NCBI RefSeq assembly: GCF_036971445.1
Contig: NC_091473.1
Location: 79,856,001 to 79,920,000, forward strand
Source of the DNA: Narcine bancroftii
Lineage: Eukaryota
DNA length: 64,000 nucleotides
Direction of reading: 5' to 3'
The translations under genes were made by a program, and so were the position numbers. Under the pieces are notes generated by a model that was not told where the DNA came from, searched no databases, and was given only the letters and a program-made list of their open reading frames with translations. Below, piece after piece: positions 41,001 through 56,500 of this stretch (positions within the stretch are counted from its first letter, which is position 1; every line of letters begins with the position of its first letter).

Positions 41001-44000
41001 AGAAGGATTTGGAGATAGAGAATGGAAGAAAATAGATCATTTTACTCCAGTATCATTTCTCAACATACGTCCATTCCGAGATATGACCGGTCATCCAGAA
41101 CAGAACACAAACGTATGTTGGGGAGTACCTGTATATGTTATGGCCTTAGAACACACCAAAGCCATTTTCAGGCAATGATGGGCTTTGAAGTGTAATGTAG
41201 CATATGTGTGTGAGATGAAGGAGATTTGAGAAGAGAGATGAAAGTAATTCTGTGAGATGGATTTTTGTGGTATTTACTTGGAGAAAGTGTGGTGAGGTGG
41301 ATATTAATAAGGCTACAGTGTCAAAAGAATTGTTCGATTCTAAGTATTTTCATTGAAGCAGGCATGTTCAGTATTGATTCATTCTGTATTGGGTGGAAAT
41401 TAAAGTAGAAAGGAGGACCAAAAACAAATTCTAGTCTTAAGATCCTTGGACCCTGTCTTCCAACAGTTCCAGGACTCATTTAAGAGGCCCAGCAAATGTT
41501 GACAAGAAAGTTGAGGTGTTGTACAACTAAGATGGACACAATATCTGACTGTAAAGCTGCCTATTGTACTCCTATGCGGCTGTTGGGTGGCCATCTGAAA
41601 GTGGAGAACCCGGCCAGGATGTTTACCTACCTAACCCTTCTCCTGTAGGTATAATATCCTATTCCGAGAATCCCCCGTTGCACCTGAAAGCAGGGGCTGG
41701 GCTGATGATAGTCAGCTGGCGTCCCAACTCCCCGCTGCCCTGACAGTTCTCCGGTGTGGGGTTACGGAGCTGGAGCGACTGGCAGGGGACTATGGGACTG
41801 GAACGGCCGGCGGATGACTACAGGGCTAGATGGCTGCTCCAGCCTTATAGTCCCCCGCTGGCCACTACAGCCCCGCAGTTCCCCACCAGCCGCTGCAGCC
41901 CCGCAGTCCCCCGCCAGCCAACCCAGCCCTGCAGTCCCCCACTGGCCACTCCAGCCCAGTAGTCCCCCGCCGGCCACTCCAGCCCTCCAGTCCCCCACAG
42001 GCTGCCCCAGCCCCATAGTCGCCCACTGGCCGCCCCAGCCCTGCAGTCCCCCACTGGGGGGCTGTCAGGCAGCAAGGAGGGGACTGTCAGGCAGTGAGGG
42101 GGGCTGTCAGGCAGTGGGGAGGATGCTGTCAGGCAACGGGGAGGTGAGCTGTCAGATGGCTGCCCCTCCCAGACTCAGGAGCCGGCATTTGCTCTGCAAC
42201 CCCTCTCCCCGCTTCAGACCTTTCAGATGGCAGAACACCTCCTTCAGTGCTGCCACCTGAAGATCCCTTCGAAGACACCCGCAGCCTGTTCCGGAGACGC
42301 ATTCTCCTGGCAATTCCACCTGAAAGCGGCTTAAGACTCATCCTGCTAACAGTCTGACAGTCTTTAATATGAGTGATTGAGGATTAGAGCTTTCCATTCT
42401 ATCCAAGCTGGGATGTTTTCAGAAAAATATACCCATACTGACAGAAATCTGATGTTCAAAATTTTTACAGACCATTAAAATTGGTGCAAAATATTTTTTA
42501 AATATTAATATTTATTTTAAAAATTTACAAATTTACAAATTAATAACTGGTTCAAGGTAAACCATTATTTTTCCTGTGTCACTCAGAATGAGCAGAGGCA
42601 AATTCTGTGTGCTGTAAGTCAAAACTGTAACCACAGGATCAAAAGTTTTCGATTTGGCATCTCCCTGTTTTAAAAATCCTTAATGCAGTGACATATCTGC
42701 TGGTATTTTATTGGCTTAAAAAAACTAGAAAACTGAATTGAATGTTAAATATATTCACTGCCCATTCACAGCAAGTTTGTGTTTCATATTTTGCAGCCCC
42801 TTGTGCACCTGAACACATTTCCACCCATCTGAACTGTGACACCAGGAGTAGGTCAGTGACCTGGGAGAAAGCTGATGGTGCCGTGTGGTACATTGCAACG
42901 GCAGAAGGACAAGATGGACATATTTCACTGTGTAACACAACAGGAACAAACTGTGATTTTATGGACCTCCACTGCAGTGAAGTATATTTAATATCTGTGA
43001 CAGCAATGGACAATTACTGTCAGAGTGTAAACATCTCCGTTTTTGAATCTGAAACAGGTAAAATTTCTTGAGTAAGTTATGTGAGAAATAATTGATTCAT
43101 TACTGTAACTGAAAGGCTGTTCTGAGGACTGTAATCCAGTCAGGTCACACTGTTTGGAAATTTATGGAGATTCTTACTTCCTTCTCTGTCTTGGAATGTT
43201 TGACATGTATGTTTTTGCATGGCTTCCAACTTTAATCCTTTGTAATAGTGGCTTCAAATAGAAGACACGGTTTTCCTTCTTCTATTTTAAGGTAAGTGAC
43301 CCAGACCCCAGCAACAAAAGGCCTGATCTGAAAATTCAGACCCAGCTGAACTGAATGCCTCGAAGGACAATTTACATCTTGACTGTGTATCTCCATGGAA
43401 ACAATTTTGTTATCAAAGGAAACAATTGAAACTTTACATTACTATCATTAACTAAATACTCTTTTGTCCCTCTTCCTCCCCAAAAGCCCCTTGTCCCCCA
43501 CAGAACGTACAAGCTGATTGTGCCGCTGTCACTGCCTTTGTAACATGGGAGCCGAGTAATCTCACAGTGTGGTTCACTGCAACAGCTGAGGGGAATGATG
43601 GGCACACAGCCACCTGCACCACATCTGAAACAAGCTGCCTCATCCCACATCTTCACTGTAGCCAAATATACAGCATTTCGGTGCTCGCGTTTGGAGAAAC
43701 CTGCAGCAGCCTCCAAAGCTCCAGCTATGAAATTCAGACAGGTAATGCAGAAAGAGGGAATCTCTTAATACAGCACTACTTCAAAATGTTTCAGATGCAA
43801 CAGCCATCACTAATCTGCTGTTACCAATTATTAGGAGAACAAGTTCAGGCTAACATTCTCCACATTAATCACCTGAGTTGGACATTATTCCAACCTTCTC
43901 ATTTTAAAGAACCTTTCTATTAAATTTATGTTGGGTGGAATAAGAATTCTTTTCTCATGCCTGGCAACATTAATGCAAGGATTAAAAATTCAGGATAATC

Positions 44001-44544
44001 ATTTTGGATACTTAGGATTTGAAATGGGTCACAACCATAATGAGCCAGACTCTTGATCTAAAATTTCTTGGATGCAAAGATCTGCAATGAATGGACAAAT
44101 GTGGAATATTTGTGACTGAAGGTATTTGATTTCAGTGAGATGCCCAAAATCCACCTGCGATTCAATATTCTGTGAATGCAGACAGAACCTTAGCAGTCAA
44201 TAATTTCTTGACTTATATGTCTATATTTCATTTTCTACAGCACCATGTGCCCCAGATGAAATCATTGCCAATGTGGATTGTAACTCCAATCGAGTGGTAG
44301 TATATTGGGGCCGGTCTAATGGAGCCAGGGAATTCAATGTAATCGCAGAAGGAAGTGATGGACATACACACTCTCACAACACAACAGAGACACGCTATGA
44401 AATGCTGGATTTACACTGTGGACAGTCCTATAACATAACCGTTACAACACTGAGTTATGGTCGGCACAGTATTTCAAGTACTTCCATCCAAATCCAAACT
44501 GGTAAATTATATCCCACCAGAAAATAATGTTGATGCTTAGTAAA

Positions 44545-44578
<34 letters not shown>

Positions 44579-47500
44579 CAAGACGGCAAGAGAATTGATA
44601 TTCACTTGTATTTTGTACATAGCACCATGCATTCCTGAGAATCTAACAGCTGAGCTGATTTGTGATTTGAATACAATATCCTTCTGGTGGGATGAGACTG
44701 ATGGAGCACAGTTATACACTGTGACCATTCGAGACAGTCAAAGAGTCACGGCTTTATTCAACACAAGTGATGCAAGCGCTCAAATCCAAAACCTACAGTG
44801 TGGTGAATATTACACAATCTCTGTTCTAGCAACAGATGACATCTGCAGGAGCCCCCAAAGTGCAGTGGTGAATGTACATGCAGGTAAAACTTTAGAGTTT
44901 CTCATCAATTGATATTTCATTACTCATATTCAAAGGTGCTGTTTTGGATATTATTCATAATTATCTTGTTAAATGTTGTTCTGTGCATGTTGCTGGTTAA
45001 TTTTATAATAATTTAGTCAAACCACTTTAAGGTGAGAAATGAACCAACTTATATGGTTGAATTGCACTCGGGGTGGCATTGTTAAAGTAACAGCACAACG
45101 CTATTACAATACCAGCGACTCGGGTTCGAACCCAGCACTGCCTGTAGGAGCTGTACATTCTCCCTGTTTCTGCTTGAGTTTTCTATGGGTACTCTGGTTT
45201 CTTCCCACCATCCAAAATTTTACAGAGTTGTAGGTCAATTAGGGTGTAATTGGGCAGCATGAGGTTAAATAGCTGGAATTGGCTTCTAGCTCGTTGTGAA
45301 TAAAATTAAAAATCCCTGTTTGTATGTTTTGAAATAATCGTGGCCATTTGCTTTTGAGGTTCTTCTCCCTGGGCATTTCTTGTCATGTATTCTGAGCATG
45401 TGAAGATGTCACCAAGTTGCATGGCGCCTCTCGGTTAGGGACTGACTGACAGTGGTACCTTTCAATCTTCATCTTCAACTCTCAGTAAAATGAATGGTTT
45501 GAGATTAAAATGGGACATTATTTTTACAATTTATAAATCTCCCCCAGTCATTCCTTTTTATTAAAAAATCTAATTGCCATGCTCTAATATTTTCAGGCTC
45601 CACAGCCTAGGAAAGCAGCCAAAATACTGAAGGAGCCATCACACCTTGGATACTCTCTTCTCCCTCCTACCACCAGGAAAAAGACATGCTTTTTTTTAAA
45701 ACTTTATTTAAGATTTTGTAACATGAATAACATATAGAATTATATTAAAAAAAATTAAGAACAAAATAATAAAATTACAATACAGTATCAGTAATCTAAA
45801 TAAACTATACCCTCCCCAATAATTATTACACATTAATAACCCAACTCAAATTAGTCCAACCCCCCCTTTCCCCCCAAAATAAAGAGTGAAGAATTAATAA
45901 AGTTAATAATATATGTGAAAAAAAACCACTTACAAAAAAAAACAAAAACATAACCGATTAAAATACTAACAAAAAGAAAAGTAATTAATACTAAGATATC
46001 AGACTTAAAAAACATATTTAAATCAAACTTAAATGCATATATTTAACAGAGTTAAGATGAAACATATATTTAACTCAAACTTAATATAAAAAATTAGTAA
46101 AGTTAGTAACATTGTCTATCAAAAATTCTTAAACAATAATCAATTCTTTAAAAAAAATTGTAGCATGAAAAAAAAGATGAAAAAATACTTTCTCTATCGA
46201 GATAAACCTTCACCAAATATCAACTAACTTCACATCTATCATCATATTAGTCACATAAACCACCATCTTAAAACAAAATTCAAACCTCATTAAACATTGT
46301 ACAATTCAATTTTAGTACTCTTCCACCATTTTTCCCTTTTACTCTTGAATAATTATCCAATAAAAGCTCCAATACCACATTTAAATATCCCCAATCATTA
46401 CGTTAAAATTCAGATATCCAAATAATAAAAACACATCTACAACGAAATCTATATCTTCAACAAATGGAGCATAAACCACAAACAAAATTCAAGCCTCATT
46501 AAGAATTGTACAATTCAATTTATAACTTTCACCATTATTCCCTTCGTTCTATAACTAAAATAGCAAAATAATATACACCAGAATTACCACTCCTTTCACC
46601 TTAAAGTTAAAGAAAAAATATAAAAAAAAACTTATCCATCCCATTCACATTTAAATTTCAAATATTCCTTATCTACTGAATAAACTTTACAAAAAAAACC
46701 ACATCAATTTTTAGTTTTTTAAACAATCAAATACTTTCTTATGCTTTTTTTTATAAACACAAAAAAAAACCCTTCACTCTTTAATCTAATAATACAAAAA
46801 AAAGGAAAAAAAAACGGGTAGGAGGTTAAAAATACCCCCTCCCGTCTAAACCGTGCAATGCGGTAACTCCCAAAAAAAATGGGTGTGAGATAACTCACAC
46901 GTAGCAGATGACTTTCAGGAAGTAGTGCCCATCCAGTTCTCTCCCCCAACTCTCACTTCATCTTAAACTAACATCATCATTATTTAATATTCCTTTTTTT
47001 TAAAAAAAACATTAGAAAAAAAAAGAACAACTCTTCTTTTAATCAGCTCCAACTGCCGAGTCACCATTACAACCATTCCTTCTTGGAGTACGGCTCTTTT
47101 CTTCCATCTCTTGTCTCCTTAAAGATCGCGGCGGACTACGTCTCTGTTGAAACTGAGTAATTGGCAGCCCTTGAGCAAATGCTATAGCTTCCTTTGGAGA
47201 ATCAAAGAACTTTGGTTGGTAACCATCTTGAAAAACCTTCAAAACAGCTGGATATCTAAAGGTTGCCTTATAACCTTTCTTCCACAACAACTCTTTAGCA
47301 GAGTTGAATTCCCGTCATTGGAACATAACTTCTTCACTCAAATCCGCATAGAAAAAAACTCGATTATTTTGAATCATCAAGGGTGATTTTCTCTGTTGTG
47401 CATTTCTAATAGCCACTCGTAAAATTATTTCTCTATCGTAATAATTCAAGCAACGAACCAAAACAGGTCTTGGACTTTGACCTGAAATAGGTCTTCTACG

Positions 47501-50500
47501 CAAGGCTCTGTGAGCACGTTCCAGTATTATACCTTCCAGGAAATGTTCTTGACCCAGCACCTGCGGAATCCATTCAGTAAAAAATTTTCTTGGGTCTGCT
47601 CCCTCCATTCCTTCCGGCAAACCAGTAATCTTTATATTGTTCCGTCTGGATTGGTTTTCCAAATAATCAATCTTTTTCACCAAATGTTTATTTTGAGTTT
47701 GTAAGTCTTCGACCATTTTGGTCACATCTGAAACTTGATCTCGTATTTCGTCTATATCTTCTTCACACGAATTAAATTTATCTCTCACTTCAAGCTTAAA
47801 AGCTACAAACTCAGCCATCTGTTGAGAATTTATTTCCATCAGAGTATTGAACCTAGTACCAAGTTCAGTCATAATCTTAGATAATCCCTGCATTGTATAA
47901 GATAATTTAGATTCAAGATTCACAAGAATCTTTTCAATTGGAAGAGATTCTGGCTCAACAGATTCCTGCTTCTTCTGCATAACCAAAGGGTCTTCTGTTG
48001 CTTCCTTCATTCTGGTTGCCTTCCTTGTAGTATAGCTGTGTGTGGAAACCCCAGCCACAGCCTCTCCAGCAATGACTAGAGGACGCTGGCCGGGATTTTC
48101 CCCAGTCCATAATGTGTTAATTTCTCCCAGTACATCAAGTTGTATAGGTTCTTTTATCTCAAAAGGTGCAGTTTGCAGTGCCACCGCTACAGTTGACAAA
48201 TGCCTTTCCCCAGCCGGTACTTCAACTGATGTTACTACAAGTGGTTCATTCATAACATTGCCGTCAGATGCTACTGCACATGTGCGAACCTGAGTAACTC
48301 TTTGTTCTAAAGGCTGTTTGGCGCCCTCTTTAGAGGGCTCTACCGATGTAATATTGAACTCTACATCCGAAAGCTGTACCTTTCTCCTGGGATCCATTTC
48401 GGGCTGAGTCTCGATGTCTTTCCTCTAGGTAGGCTCCAAAACTTGAACTTTTGGAAAATGTAGTTTTTTGATAATCTGTTGTCGTTTTTTTTTTGCTCTT
48501 TTCCACCAATTGTACCATCATAAGTTAAATTAACAGCACTGAAGTTATCTAAACTTTTAAAGAATTTTAATGGGCATTTCTAGACAAAACGATAAGATAG
48601 AGTCAGGAGAGGACTGTAAGGCACGTCTGATCCTTAGGCCATCTTGCCACGCCCCCCCAAAAAGACATGCTTAAAGACAGTTTCTTCCACATGGCTATCA
48701 GGCTCATTAATGAACCCTAAAATAGTGCTCTCATGTTGTACTAATTGTCTTTTTTTTCCCATTGCAACTCTAAACTGTAATAGTGTCATTGTCTTTCTAC
48801 TTTCTATGGATGTTAGAGTTGATGTTAGACTGCTCATGGAAGAACCCTTTTCACTGAACCAGATGTAATGTGACAAACTTCACCTTAAATTCAATGCCTC
48901 AATCTGAGGCATCAAAGCTACAGCTTTTGATGATACATGAGGTTACCCATGGTTCGGGTTGCAAATGACCTATCTCATGTCAAGGGATTTCCATCTGTTC
49001 ACCTGTGTGCTGTTACTCCTATGAACATCAGCCTTCTCCCCCACACCTCCCCACTCCTGTTTTCCCTCATCTGTAGCTGTTACGGTAGAAAGGATTATGG
49101 GTTGAGTGTAGGTCAGTGGGGTTAGGTGGGAGAAAGTGTTTGGCATGGACTAGAAGGGTCAGGTTAGAACAAGAAATACGAGTAGGAGTAGGCCATCCAG
49201 CCCATCGAGCTTATTCCGCCATTCAATAGTATTATGGTTGATCTGATCATTGACTCAACTCCAGCTACCTGCCTTTTCCCCATATCCCTTAATTCCTTTT
49301 TTTATGTGAACATCTATCTAACTGAACCTTAAATATATTTAATGAAGTACCCTCAACTGCTTCCCTGGGTAGAGAATTCCACAGATTCACTATTCACTGG
49401 GAAAAACAGTTTTTCCTCATCTCTGTCTTAAATCGACTCCCCTGAATCTTGAGGCTGTGTCCCCCAGTTCTGGTCTCACCTACCAGTGAAAACAATGTTC
49501 ATGCTTCTATCTTATCTATCCCTTTTATAATTTTATGTATTTTTAAAAGATCTTCTCTCATTCTTCTGAATTCAAGTGAGTATAATCCCAGACGATATAG
49601 TTTCTCCTCATAGGTCAACCCCTTCATCTCCGAGATCAATCTGCTGAAGCTCCTCTGGACTACCTCCAAGGCCAGTATATCCTTTCTCAAGTATGGAGAC
49701 ACAGTACTCCAGGTCCGGCCTCACCAGTACTCTTGAATTCAATTCCTCCACCAATGAAGGCAACATTCCATCTGCTGTCTTAATAAGCTGTTGTACTTGA
49801 AACCCAATTTTTTGCGATTCATGCACAAGCACTCCCAAGTCCTTCTGCATGACAGGATGCTGCAATTTTTCACCATTTAAATAATAATTTGCTCTTCTAT
49901 TTTTCCTGCCAAAGTGGATAACCTCACATGTTTCTATGTTTTAATTGTTGTAAGGTTAAAATCTTTAATAGCACTGACACACTTCCTACAAATGAATAAC
50001 TGAATAGTACAGCAGCTGCCTTTTTAATAGTGAAAGATGGATTTTAATACTCTTTAAAAGGGGAAACAATGAAAACAGTTTCAAAAGAAAAACAAGGATG
50101 TTTCAATTTTCTGATTTTTTTTTAGTTACACAGATTTTTTTGCTGGGGCAGAACAGCGCCCATTTTGTGCACCAAAATAGGATGAAACGAAAGCAGTTTC
50201 TGAACGTGAGTGCTTGACACCTATGGTCTGCAACTCTGTAGTGGAAATTCATTTTGATTTATCCACCTCAATTCTAGATGTAGCCACTGATCCAGCAAGT
50301 GCAAGAATTGCATATGCACTATTTTGTTATGAGCCCAAAGGACCCCAAAACCCAGCAACAATAGATATGCATGACAACAAAGGGTTACTTAAACAAAAGT
50401 TGCTTTTAATTCTCTTTTAACGTGAAAACAGAATCAAACTTTAACTTACCTCTATTTTTAATGTACTTAACCTAACTTAACCCCTTTCTAATTCTAAGTG

Positions 50501-53500
50501 CTCGTGTATGTAATTGTGTGTGTAAATTTAAAAAGGTTCTTTAGTTCACAGTCCAATCTCACTTCTCATTCTTCCAAGTTCATTGGTTGCAGGCAATTCT
50601 TATACTGTGCCCAGAATTTAACATGTATAAAATTCATCAGGCTTTGGTGCTCAAAAGGTAAATATTTACCACTCAGGAAGGTTCTTGTAGGTTTTGTAGA
50701 GAGAGATGTGTTGTTCCAGGATTTCCACAACTGAGGTACCACCATTAGTCACCTCAATGTCTCACTGATGAAACTTGCCTCATCAGGGTTCACCAGATGA
50801 TAACCTCTTTCTTTCAGGCTACCACAGGGTTCCTTTCTGTTCCACTTATTCCAAGTGAAAGTGAAACAGCTGACAGCCAGTACTTTCAGCCATCCTTCAC
50901 TCTGGAGCTTCTGTTTCAGTTCCAACAAGCTTCCTGCTTCAGTTCCAACAAGCTTCCTGCTTCAGTTCCAACAAGCTTCTCTGTCTCACCCACACTGACT
51001 GAGACACTTGTTTCACTCCTTCTCTATCTCTCTCGCTCACCCAGACTGCTTGCAAAAAAACCACCTGAGCTTCTCCATCAAACAATAGAAGTCAGTCTTC
51101 TGGTTCATCTGTTGTTTTTAGGTAAACAAGAACCCATCAGTGACCTCTGAGCACTCTTGTCAAAACCCTTGCAAAAAGGTGTCAGGAGACAGTATGTCTC
51201 TTGCTGTTGCTTTAAAGACAATAGTTGATTCATTTAATTATCACTTACTTTGAAGTTTCCATATCCACTCTTCACAATTTCAGCCGAGTTACTGTAGATA
51301 TGAATTTTCCAGTATTTCAAATAAGATCTGTTTTAAAATGTGTGTATGTAACCTACTCTAACTTTTCCCAATTCATCTCCCAAAAAATATTTCTATATAT
51401 TCTGGTCACATTTAGAATTCACAGAATTATTTCCTACGATGTTTCCAGTGATAGGCTTGCAGCATTTCTTACTAATCCTGATTGTGCTAATTTTTGAACT
51501 AACTATATATCAATCCCCAGGTAATGAATAATGTTTTTATTAGGGATGCCATCCTGGACATATTTTCCTTTTTAACCACCAACTAAAAATGAACAAATTC
51601 TGAGCATGGGCGTAGCCAGGTTCTAACGTTAGGGTGAGCGAGCACATAAAAAAGCTGCCACAACACATACCAGAGGGTGAATCAGTGGTTAAAAGGTTAA
51701 AAGATTTTTCAGTGACATTGGACCTGTGGGGCCACATCCACGATGCACACCAAATAATTTTAAATTCATTTTTACTTTGTATTTAACATCAAAAAAACAA
51801 GGATTTTAAGTAAGATACAGTTTTAAAGGAAGTGCATAATTGTTAGTTGTGTTTAAAATCAAACATACCAGTAATACCAGTGTTACTTAATTATTTTACA
51901 TTTTAAACCTAAAATGAAAACAAAAAGAAGCAATATGAAAAATGTATGAAGCAGCCTCTTTTGTCTAGGCTTAATTCAAGCAAAGTTATCTATTATTTAT
52001 TATACCAGTAATCTACCCCAGTAGCCAACTGTCCCCTTCGGAGCTATTCCTCCCCAGATGCCAGTGGCCAGACAGCTCCCCCTAAGCATCTTCAAAAGTA
52101 GTGCCTTTTTGAACTGTGTACCCACTGCTCAGTCTCCTGTGATGTGCTGGTGGGCCACAGTACTTTTGTACATTGCACTTAACCTCAGCATCTGAAGACT
52201 TTCTTATTTAACTCTCACTTCATGTCCACAGTCCACTTTTTTGCCACTTACCGGAGATCTCTGTCCTCTCAGTAAAATGTTGTCACATGTTGTCAACCTC
52301 CTCTCAGAATTTTTTCCTTAATTTTTCCAGAAAAACCATTTGAAATATTATTTCTCCACTCCAGCTTCACTGTCCCATATAGAACCATGTATCGTTTTCT
52401 GGCTTCCTGATATAACTGAATTCCTTCTCCATGAATATAATTCCAGTAAATTTCCACTGCATTATTTCTACTCTATGAATTTCTCTATTTATGAATGGAT
52501 AAAAACATTTTCCTGGGAATTATTGACTTTGTCATAATTTCATCCATCAATGTCTTATTCTTGGTTGGTCCAACCATCTGACGTACAATTTTAACTTTCA
52601 ATTTTATTTTCAGTTCCTTGTGACCCACAGAATATCAAAGCACAACTAGATTGTGACCTCAATACAGCACTAGTGTTGTGGGATGAGAGTAAAGGAGCTC
52701 AGTGGTACACTGCCATTGGAGAAGGAGCTGATGGAAACAACATGTTGTGCAACACAAGAGAAACATCATGTAGAACACCCTCGTTACTCTGCGGCCAGAT
52801 ATATTCTGTTTATGTTGTAGCATCAGATTGGACTTGTAATCATTCTATGAGTTCAACAATTGAATTTCCAACAGGTAACTATTTTACAAATTGCCTGACA
52901 TGCAGTCCAAAAGAGTAAAAGTCTATCATTTTTTGTTCACCATTATGTTGTCCACTGGTTAAATGTTTGGATTGAGAGGTGGAGCCACACTGACTTTGGG
53001 GACATTGGTTTGAAATCCACCAGAGCTGCTTGGGAATTTTAATTCATGTCATCAAATAAATACAGAATAAGGGTATTGCTCCAGTTTTAGGGAGGATGGT
53101 AGTATTTTTTTAAAATCATCTATTCACTCACATCCTTCAAGGAAAAGAATCTGCAATAGTTTCCCTCTTTAGGTTTTTCAGTTGATTCTTAATTGCCCTC
53201 AGAAATGAACCAATAAGGAGCAAATATACATGGACAGTAAATTCTGGACTTAAATGATGTTTCTTCTCTTGAACAAATAAATGTTGTACAAAAGCATCAT
53301 CTACGTACCAGGGCCACCTTCAATGTACATTAGCTTATTGACTGGGACTCCCTACTGTAAAAGGGCTGGATGGCTTGGAGTTTATCAAATGTATTCAGGA
53401 AAATTTTCTAAATCAATATATAAAGATACCAACTAGAAAGAATGCAATACTGGATCTCCTATTAGGGAATGAGACAGGATAAGTGACAGAAGTATGTGAC

Positions 53501-56500
53501 CAGAAAATTTTGCGTTGTGATCATAATGCCATTAGTTTCAATTATGGAGAAGGATTTGCCTGGACTTCAGATTGAGATTCTAAATTGGCGGAAGGCCTAT
53601 TTTGCGGAACTGAAAAAGTATCTAGATAGGGTTAATTCGTTTTTAGGCAAGGGTGTGTGACCTTCAAAGGTGAAATTTTGAGAGTACAAAGTTTGTACAT
53701 TATGTTCCTCTCAGGATTAAAGGCAAAGTTAGCAGATGTGGGGATCCTTGATTTTCAAGGGATATTGGGTATCTAGTTCAGAAGAAGAGAGAGGTGTACA
53801 ACAGGTAAAGGAAGCATGGAGCAAATTGGATACTTGAGAAGTATAAAAAATGCAAGAAAAGCATTAAGAAATTAGGAAGTCTAAAAGAAGACATGAGGTT
53901 GCTTTGGAAGGCAATGTGAATGAAAATCCTAAGGGTTTCTACAGGTATATTAAAGTAACCCTTGAAATTATAGGCCAGTGAGCCTGACATCAGTAGTTGC
54001 TAAATTATTGGAAGGTATTCTAAGAGATCAGATATACAATTATTTGGAAACCCAGGGACTGATTAGGGTAAGTCAACATGGCTTTGTGCTTGGTAGGTCA
54101 TGTTTAACCACTTTTATTGAGTTTTTCAAGGAGGTTACCAGGAATATTGACAAAGTCCACATGGACTTTTGTTAGGCCTTTGACAAGCTCGCACATGGGA
54201 GGTTAGTCAAGAAGGTTCAGGCACTCAGTATACATGGTGAAGTAGTGAATTGGATTCAACATTGGCTGGATGGGAGAAACCAGAGATTTGGATGATTGCT
54301 TCTCAAACTGTGACTAGTGGTGATCCTCAGGGATCTGTGCTGAGAGATTGTTGTTTGTCATCTATATCAATGATCTGGATGATAATGTGGTAAACTGGAT
54401 CAGCAAGTTTGCAGATGACACTAAGATTGGAGGCATTGTGGACAGTGAAGAAGGCTTTCAAAATTTGCAGAAGGATCTGAAAAATGGCAGATATTGTGTG
54501 CAGTTTGGGTCACCTAACTATAGGAAAGATATCAATTAGATATAAAGAGTGAAGAGAAGATTTGCTTGGATGACTTCAGGAACTGAGTTACAGGGAAAGG
54601 TTAAACAGATTAGGACTTTATTCCCTGGAGCATAGAAAATGAGGGGAGATTTGATAGAGCTATTTAAAATTATGAGGAGGGTAGACAGAGTAAATATAGA
54701 TAGACTTTTTCCACTGAAAGCAGGTGAGATAACAAACCAAAGGACATAGGTTAAGGGTGAATGGGGAAAACTTTATGGGGAACATGAGGGGGAACTTTTT
54801 CCACACAGAGAGTGGTGGAAGTGTGGAATGAGCTGCCAGCTGAGGTGGTGAATGCAGGCTCATTTTGAACATTTGAGAAGAATTTTGGACAGGTAAATAT
54901 ATGGGAGGGGTATGTAGGGATATGGACTGGGTATCGTTCAGTGGGACAGAAAAATGGTTTGGCACAAACTAGAAGGGCTGAAGGGGCCTGTTTCATGCTG
55001 AAATTGTTCTGTGGTTTTATGGTTCCAGCAGGATGCTTTCAATCTTTATTTTACCACCAAAATGTATTGCCTTGCAGTAATTCATCTTGTATGAGCCACA
55101 TGCAGACCATTTGCTCAAATGATTTCTGCCTTCCTAGAATCTGTTACATTTTTCACTGCAAGGCTAACTGGAAAGATCAAATTATCATGTTCCCTTAACT
55201 GAGGTGTTGAGAACCAGGAGGCTCAGAATAAGGATCAGCTATTCACCACTTGAGTTCTTAAAACATTTATTCTCCCAGTAGATTCTGAGGCTTTAGAATC
55301 ATCTATCCAAGACTGAGCAGCAAAATAATCTTTCATTGTTAATAGAACTTTTACATTTTTAATCCCTATTTGTATATTCAGATCTGTGAATTTAAATTAA
55401 ATTTGTTTTACTTAATATTTCTCAGCTCCCTGCAGTCCCCAGAATGCCAGTGCTCATTTGGACTGTGACACACACACAACGACAGTGTGGTGGGAGCTGA
55501 GTGATGGTGCCGTGTTCTACACTGCCATAGCAGAAGGAATGGAAGGAGACAGGTACTCGTGCAATGCAACAGAAGCAAACTGTGAGATCATGGGGCTCCC
55601 GTGTGGCCAGATGTACAGTATAACTGTGTTAGCAATGGACGAGAACTGCACCAGTTTACCAAGTCCAGCTTTTGAAATTCAAACAGGTATGATTACCTTC
55701 AATTATGTAAAAAACAGAAATAACCAATCATCAGAAATCATTTAAATCAGCATTGTATAATGAAATTGCATGTTAACCAGCAAAAATAACCTACTGTACT
55801 TCAAAAGCATGTTATTATACCTTCAATTGTAGATACATATGCACATGGCCTATATCTCAAACATACATAAAAAATTTTAAAACTACATAGTAAATATTGA
55901 TGCTTGGGGACCAAGATGCAACATGATAATTCAACATTATTACTTTTGTGTTTGTTGAAGTTGTGGGAATTTGTTAGCTTAAATTTGACAGGTGATGTTG
56001 TTTTCATATATTATTTCCCTTGAATAATAATAAAATGCAGCGAATGTATTTACAAAGTAATTAAGATCAGCAGGTGGTGAACTGTGCTCATCTTGCAATA
56101 AACATTACCAAGCAGCATAATTCAGAAATTGCATTTTATGGGCTGCCAATCCCAAAATTTCTTCCTTGGATACAAAAGGGATCAGAGTATTTCACATTAC
56201 AGCATTGCTCACATTAACTGATATATTTACCTACAGCTGTTAGAACCACAGAACACTTCAGCACAAAAGTGACCCTTTAGCCCATCTAGTCCATGCCAAA
56301 CTATTTATTCTGCCTAGTCCCATCAATCCCATAGCCCTCCATAAATCTCCCATCCATGTACCTATCCAATCTTCTTTTAAATGTCGAAATCAAACCCACA
56401 TCCATCAATTCCACAGGTAGCTCAATCCATACTCACCTTTTTAGTGAAGAAGTCTCCCCAATGTACCCCTGAAAAATTTCAGCTTTCACCCACTCTTCAA

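Noticed and set aside
41754-42260. Pro-rich 168-aa ORF or CpG-island promoter
   Set aside because: Explained by GC-rich minisatellites in a repeat; no splice signals or domain recognised.
45085-45140. tRNA gene
   Set aside because: Only a B-box in a SINE head; no cloverleaf, and it is followed by SINE body and tail.
50915-50980. CRISPR-like direct repeats
   Set aside because: Head-to-tail 23-bp tandem repeat without spacers, inside an LTR, in vertebrate DNA.
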